From contig JAXLTM010000014.1 in assembly GCA_046330055.1 (NCBI GenBank), positions 1,347-65,346 of the forward strand: a DNA stretch of 64,000 nt, in the 5' to 3' direction. Of the stretch, positions 60,100-64,000 are shown piece after piece. A model generated the notes under the pieces. The model was not told the origin of the DNA. It was given only the letters and a program-made list of their open reading frames with translations, and searched no databases. The DNA is from Bacteroidia bacterium (GTDB taxonomy: Bacteria > Bacteroidota > Bacteroidia > AKYH767-A > 2013-40CM-41-45). The position numbers and the translations under genes are program-made. The number at the start of each line of letters is the position of its first letter. Within the stretch, counting starts at the first letter, position 1.

Positions 60100-60861
60100 T
60101 CACTCTACCACAACATACGACTGATAGTGACTAAACTCACTCCTCCGTATACTGAATTTATCAAGACCCAGCACTTCACGAAGAGCAATCGTCTCACCCG
60201 GGAATTTAGGTTGATTGAGTTCATCGAAACCGATCACGGTTCCTTTCGTGATGTGTGGTTTAATAAGCTCCAGACACTTTTTCGTTGGCTCATAAATATC
60301 AAAATCAAAATAGGCGAGAGAAATGATGGTTTCAGGATGTGTCTTAAGATATTTTTCAAGTTCCACTCCTGCATCGCCTTTAACGAGTTCAAATTTCTGC
60401 ATGTGCTCAAGCGGACTCTCTTTTTCAAGATTTCTGAGCACACTCTCTAAGTATTCTTTATAATTGGCCGTTACATTGTATCCGCCTTGAATGGCATAAC
60501 GTTCCGCACCATCCTTTTCATGAACGGAAGGAAAGCCTTCCCACGTATCAAAACCGACAATGCGGCGACTGTAATTGAAGGGTTCGTAAATCGACCGCAG
60601 GCTTTGAAACAGGTTGAGGTTTTGTCCCCATCTCACACCGAATTCCATGATCACTCCATGGATACCGATGTTTTTTCTGTACAGATCGTTTACAAAGAGA
60701 AATTTGCGCAAGTCGGCCGGGTTCAGGAACAAACCCAGGTTTCGCATCATTTCTTCGTCCGGCAGCGGATTGTTTTTGAAAAGGTCGATCATCTCCTTCC
60801 GGTTATTCGCCTGATTGGAGTTGACCACACTAGGTGCAATGTTGATGTCTTTGTTTTTCAT
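60100..60861 (-). CDS. TylF/macrocin-O-methyltransferase-family SAM methyltransferase
   Basis: It has GVIMEFGVRWGQN, VGFDTWEGFP and AYFDFDIYEPT...GTVIGFDEL. Confidence 0.85.
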   Translation of the reverse strand: MKNKDINIAPSVVNSNQANNRKEMIDLFKNNPLPDEEMMRNLGLFLNPADLRKFLFVNDLYRKNIGIHGVIMEFGVRWGQNLNLFQSLRSIYEPFNYSRRIVGFDTWEGFPSVHEKDGAERYAIQGGYNVTANYKEYLESVLRNLEKESPLEHMQKFELVKGDAGVELEKYLKTHPETIISLAYFDFDIYEPTKKCLELIKPHITKGTVIGFDELNQPKFPGETIALREVLGLDKFSIRRSEFSHYQSYVVVE

Positions 60862-61097
60862 AATGCCGGACTTAGCTTATCCTCGTTGAACAGCGTGTTT
60901 TTCGATAGGTTTCAGTAAATTGAAAATATTAACAGGTAACAGTCGGATAGTTGCCCGTTTTGTAACATTTAAGCCGTTTTTTCATATAAAATTTATTCCT
61001 TCAAAACGAAAAGGGGTGAAGTGAAATGCTAATTTCACCGGGAGATAGAATTTCCGTCTCAAACTTCCGTCGTTCTTGAAAGAAGGAGAGCTTGCGT

Positions 61098-62111
61098 ATG
61101 TGGTCGGCACAAAACCGGACTTATTTTTTAAATCGATATATCAACGGTGGATATTTCACTCCATCCGGCGGAATGCTTTCGGTATTCTTTCCGATGAAAT
61201 TATTCAGGAAGAATTCCCGCGTGATGTCAAGAATGTATTCACGGAAACTTATTCAGTCGCCACAGGAGCAGATGAGCATTGATTTCCCGGCTTACACGGG
61301 AAAAAATGAGCATATCATCTTACTCAAAAATGAATTACAGTCGATTCGTCGTCACCTGGCAGGTGCTTTCGTTCATGGTAGCTTTGCAACAGGCGAAGAG
61401 ATTTCCTACAGCGACTTCGACGGACTAATCATTCTTTCTCAGTCTACGCTGGCTGATGAAAAGCAATTGTCGGAAGTGGCTTTCACATTGCACACATTGA
61501 GAAGATACATGCACCGAATCGATCCGTTTCAACATCACGGATGGTTTGTTCTGGCTGAAAGTGATCTGGAAAATTATCCGGAATGGTTTCTTCCCGTAGC
61601 AGTTCTCAAACATTCGCGTTCACTTCTTGGTGAAATGTCTTTATTGCTTCGCGTCCAGGAAAAGCCTGACGTGGATTTCAGAAAATCATTCTTCCGCTTT
61701 TGTGAAAGCCTCCAACGAAAACTTTCTGATCGTCATCGTAACTGGAATTTGTATCAGCTTAAAGCGATCTTCAGTGAGTTTATGATGCTTCCTGCTTCTT
61801 ATGTTCAGGCGAGAGATCGTAAAGGCATCTTCAAAAAATACAGCTTTCAGGAAATGAAGCGTGACTTTGGCGATGAAGAGTATGCCGTAATGGATGAAGT
61901 TTCTTCCATTCGAAACAACTGGGTAGTGGATCTGTCTGCAGGTGAGAGGGCATTTCTGGAACGGCTCGATTTCATCAGTTGGAAAAGAAGACAAACGATT
62001 TCACTCGAAGTTCCTGTCTTCATTCAGTCATTGATCAGCAATGGTCTGTTTACCCGTATGAACAATTTCACCGCCCTGGCTCGGCATAAAATTCAACTGT
62101 TGCCGTCATGA
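61098..62111 (+). CDS. Pol-beta superfamily nucleotidyltransferase with a helical C-terminal domain (start uncertain: 61098, 61194 or 61224)
   Basis: It has the NTase motif HGSFATGEEISYSDFDGLIIL. Confidence 0.7.
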   Translation: MWSAQNRTYFLNRYINGGYFTPSGGMLSVFFPMKLFRKNSRVMSRMYSRKLIQSPQEQMSIDFPAYTGKNEHIILLKNELQSIRRHLAGAFVHGSFATGEEISYSDFDGLIILSQSTLADEKQLSEVAFTLHTLRRYMHRIDPFQHHGWFVLAESDLENYPEWFLPVAVLKHSRSLLGEMSLLLRVQEKPDVDFRKSFFRFCESLQRKLSDRHRNWNLYQLKAIFSEFMMLPASYVQARDRKGIFKKYSFQEMKRDFGDEEYAVMDEVSSIRNNWVVDLSAGERAFLERLDFISWKRRQTISLEVPVFIQSLISNGLFTRMNNFTALARHKIQLLPS

Positions 62112-63085
62112 AGTCAGGAAAATATACTCTGATCGATATTCCTGTTTACGTTTCACCCGAATGGTATGAGGTAAATGTCAATGCTGTCTGTTCTGCTATT
62201 ATGAATCATGGCAAGATCAGAAGCGTGTATCGTATCGGCAGTGTGACCACACCGGGTATTTCAGACCTTGATTTGATTGTTGTGTTCAAAGACGAAACAT
62301 CCACTGCTTATGATCCGCTGGCAAAAGTGGACGAGCGCGGGAAGTATCTTTTTGTTCATCCGCTCTTTGGTGTGTGTGAAAGGCATTTTACTGAAATCGC
62401 AAAGCTTACTCATTTCCATAACTATCGTTTGATCGGAGGTGATGATGTTTATCCGAAGGAAACGATCGACAGTAAAACAGACGATCTGATACGCCGGCAA
62501 ACGGCAACGGAGTTCATGGTGAAATTGTATTTCGTGATGTCAATGCAGATGAAATACCGTATCATCAAAGTGCGAACCTTCCTGCTTGAAGCGCGTGCAC
62601 TTCACTATGACCTGGAGTTTCTTGGAGTAAAAGACGGAGAATTGCATTCGCTGGTTGATGAGGTTATTGCATTACGTTCAAAATGGTTTTTAAATCCGGG
62701 AGTGCAGGATGGTTTTGTGCCGTTGTTTGAACGGATTTATTTTTCACTCGAGAAAAAGCTGAGAGTGTTGTTGAAATCGTCACCGATGTTTACTCCCGGA
62801 TTGACTTCCGGAAGTTTTTCTGCCAATGTTAAATGGCAGGCTTCAGCCGATCTGAAAATAGTAAGCAGTGGTTTTCCTTTCCCTTCTTTTCCTGCGGGAA
62901 TGTTTAAACGTCGTTATTTCAACTTCCTGAATCGTTCTCATAAATTTACTTTGCATCTGCCTGTTAATTCCTCTCCTCCTGAAATGGTGTTGCGCAGATT
63001 TGAATTAACCAAAGAAATCACAGAGTACAACAAGAAGTTCATTCCATATTTTACTCCATTGGCTTCCAGCCTCAGACTGCAATAG
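62108..63085 (+). CDS. Second Pol-beta superfamily nucleotidyltransferase paralogue
   Basis: It has the NTase motif IGSVTTPGISDLDLIVVF. An ATGA overlap joins it to the upstream paralogue. Confidence 0.7.
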   Translation: MKSGKYTLIDIPVYVSPEWYEVNVNAVCSAIMNHGKIRSVYRIGSVTTPGISDLDLIVVFKDETSTAYDPLAKVDERGKYLFVHPLFGVCERHFTEIAKLTHFHNYRLIGGDDVYPKETIDSKTDDLIRRQTATEFMVKLYFVMSMQMKYRIIKVRTFLLEARALHYDLEFLGVKDGELHSLVDEVIALRSKWFLNPGVQDGFVPLFERIYFSLEKKLRVLLKSSPMFTPGLTSGSFSANVKWQASADLKIVSSGFPFPSFPAGMFKRRYFNFLNRSHKFTLHLPVNSSPPEMVLRRFELTKEITEYNKKFIPYFTPLASSLRLQ

Positions 63086-63088
63086 AAA

Positions 63089-64000
63089 ATGAAAATTCTC
63101 TGGCAAAGTAAAAGTCCTAATGTGGCTCTTGCATATTCGCAGGGGTCGGATTCAGCTTTTATCAACGGAGGGAATGCCTATGATGTGGAAGCAGTCAGAG
63201 TGCTTTCACAGAATTTTGATATTGGCGTGGATAATTTCACCATCCGACGAAAGGGGGAGTCTGTTCTGAAATATTGGTGGAGAATGTCGCGCTATAAGGC
63301 TCCTGCAGAATTATTGATCATGGAGCCGTTTCCTATCGTTTATGGAAATCGAAGCGATGCTCAGAAATCCATTGCCATGATTCATCACATCGATCCTGTG
63401 ATCATGAATGATGGCATCTATCACCGATGGTATTTCAACCGTCTGCTTCGCAGAGCCAGATATTGTGATATGATCGTCACCGTTTCCGAGTACTGGAAAA
63501 ATTATTTCGTACAGCAGGGTTCAACACATGTAGAGGTGATCTATAATTCATTCGATCCGGAAAAGTATGGTGCGGTGAAGGAGTCTGAAACTTCTTTTCG
63601 TCAGCGTCTGGGAATTCCGACCGACAAAAAAATTGTGTACATTGGAAATGCTCTCAAAGAAAAAGGAGTGTACGAAGTCTACGAAGCTTTGAAATCTTCG
63701 CCATATCATCTGGTCATGACCGGTAAGGAAAATAAAGCACCCGGACTTCCGGTGCAGCATTTGAATTTGTCGAGAGAAGATTATCTTTCTTTGTTAAAAT
63801 TTTCTTCGGTGGTCATTTCATTTTCATTGATGGTAGAAGGGTGGAACAGAATTGCACACGAAGCTTTGCTGAGCGGCACACCGGTTATTGGCAGCGGTTC
63901 CGGCGGCATGCATGAGTTACTTTCCGGCGCAGGACAGCCCATCGTAGATGCTCAGGAGAATCTTGCTTCTGCAGTGGAGCAGGTTCTTGCCTCAAGAGAG
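63089..64000 (+). CDS. Family-4 (GT-B) glycosyltransferase, 3-prime end outside the window
   Basis: I translated the frame from ATG 63089 and it stays open to the window end; it is not in the ORF track because it has no stop. It has EGWNRIAHEALLSGTPVIGSGSGGMHELL. Confidence 0.8.
   Translation, partial: MKILWQSKSPNVALAYSQGSDSAFINGGNAYDVEAVRVLSQNFDIGVDNFTIRRKGESVLKYWWRMSRYKAPAELLIMEPFPIVYGNRSDAQKSIAMIHHIDPVIMNDGIYHRWYFNRLLRRARYCDMIVTVSEYWKNYFVQQGSTHVEVIYNSFDPEKYGAVKESETSFRQRLGIPTDKKIVYIGNALKEKGVYEVYEALKSSPYHLVMTGKENKAPGLPVQHLNLSREDYLSLLKFSSVVISFSLMVEGWNRIAHEALLSGTPVIGSGSGGMHELLSGAGQPIVDAQENLASAVEQVLASRE

Noticed and set aside
61092-63085. The idea that the two nucleotidyltransferases form a CBASS-like or MNT-HEPN defence or toxin-antitoxin module
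   Set aside because: There is no effector, HEPN (Rx4-6H) partner, cyclase-specific features or phage-defence neighbours. The context is a glycan biosynthesis locus and the proteins are far larger than MNT antitoxins.

Overview
This is a roughly 42% GC chromosomal segment that looks like Bacteroidota. The signals are a T9SS C-terminal sorting domain, TAnnTTTG-type -7 boxes, many lipoprotein signals and a Sec-type clade II nosZ. The content runs left to right as follows. (1) A histidine-kinase tail, a response regulator, prpE-like acyl-CoA synthetase and a fasciclin lipoprotein. (2) A minus-strand N2O-reductase operon: cytochrome c, nosZ, a NosB-like membrane domain fused to nosL, nosD, nosF and nosY, ending in a group III truncated haemoglobin. 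It is divergent from a Crp/Fnr regulator and a polytopic membrane protein. (3) atpD-atpC and murF. (4) A 1-kb non-coding gap holding hairpin (REP/MITE-like) repeats. (5) A first Wzc/Wza pair, acyl-CoA dehydrogenase, anmK, a Lys-rich H1-like gene, a badly broken Glu/Leu/Phe/Val dehydrogenase gene, MscS, and small metal-related lipoproteins. (6) A gene of about 12.2 kb for a giant T9SS surface protein with about 29 tandem HYR units. (7) A roughly 22-kb tightly packed glycan operon: Wza, Wzc, WbqC, GT2, methyltransferases, an LbH acyltransferase, an HTTM-DCC fusion, two DegT aminotransferases, a GT-C membrane transferase, Wzx, a FemAB-like protein, GNAT and GT4. An IS3-family element interrupts it, followed by a TylF-like methyltransferase, two Pol-beta nucleotidyltransferase paralogues and another GT4. 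Two window-wide features stand out. First, almost every gene boundary carries tandem 7-8 nt repeats drawn from a small shared vocabulary. Second, at least 11 genes carry local patches of frameshifts, which are either sequencing or assembly noise or real decay. I saw no rRNA, tRNA or CRISPR array.
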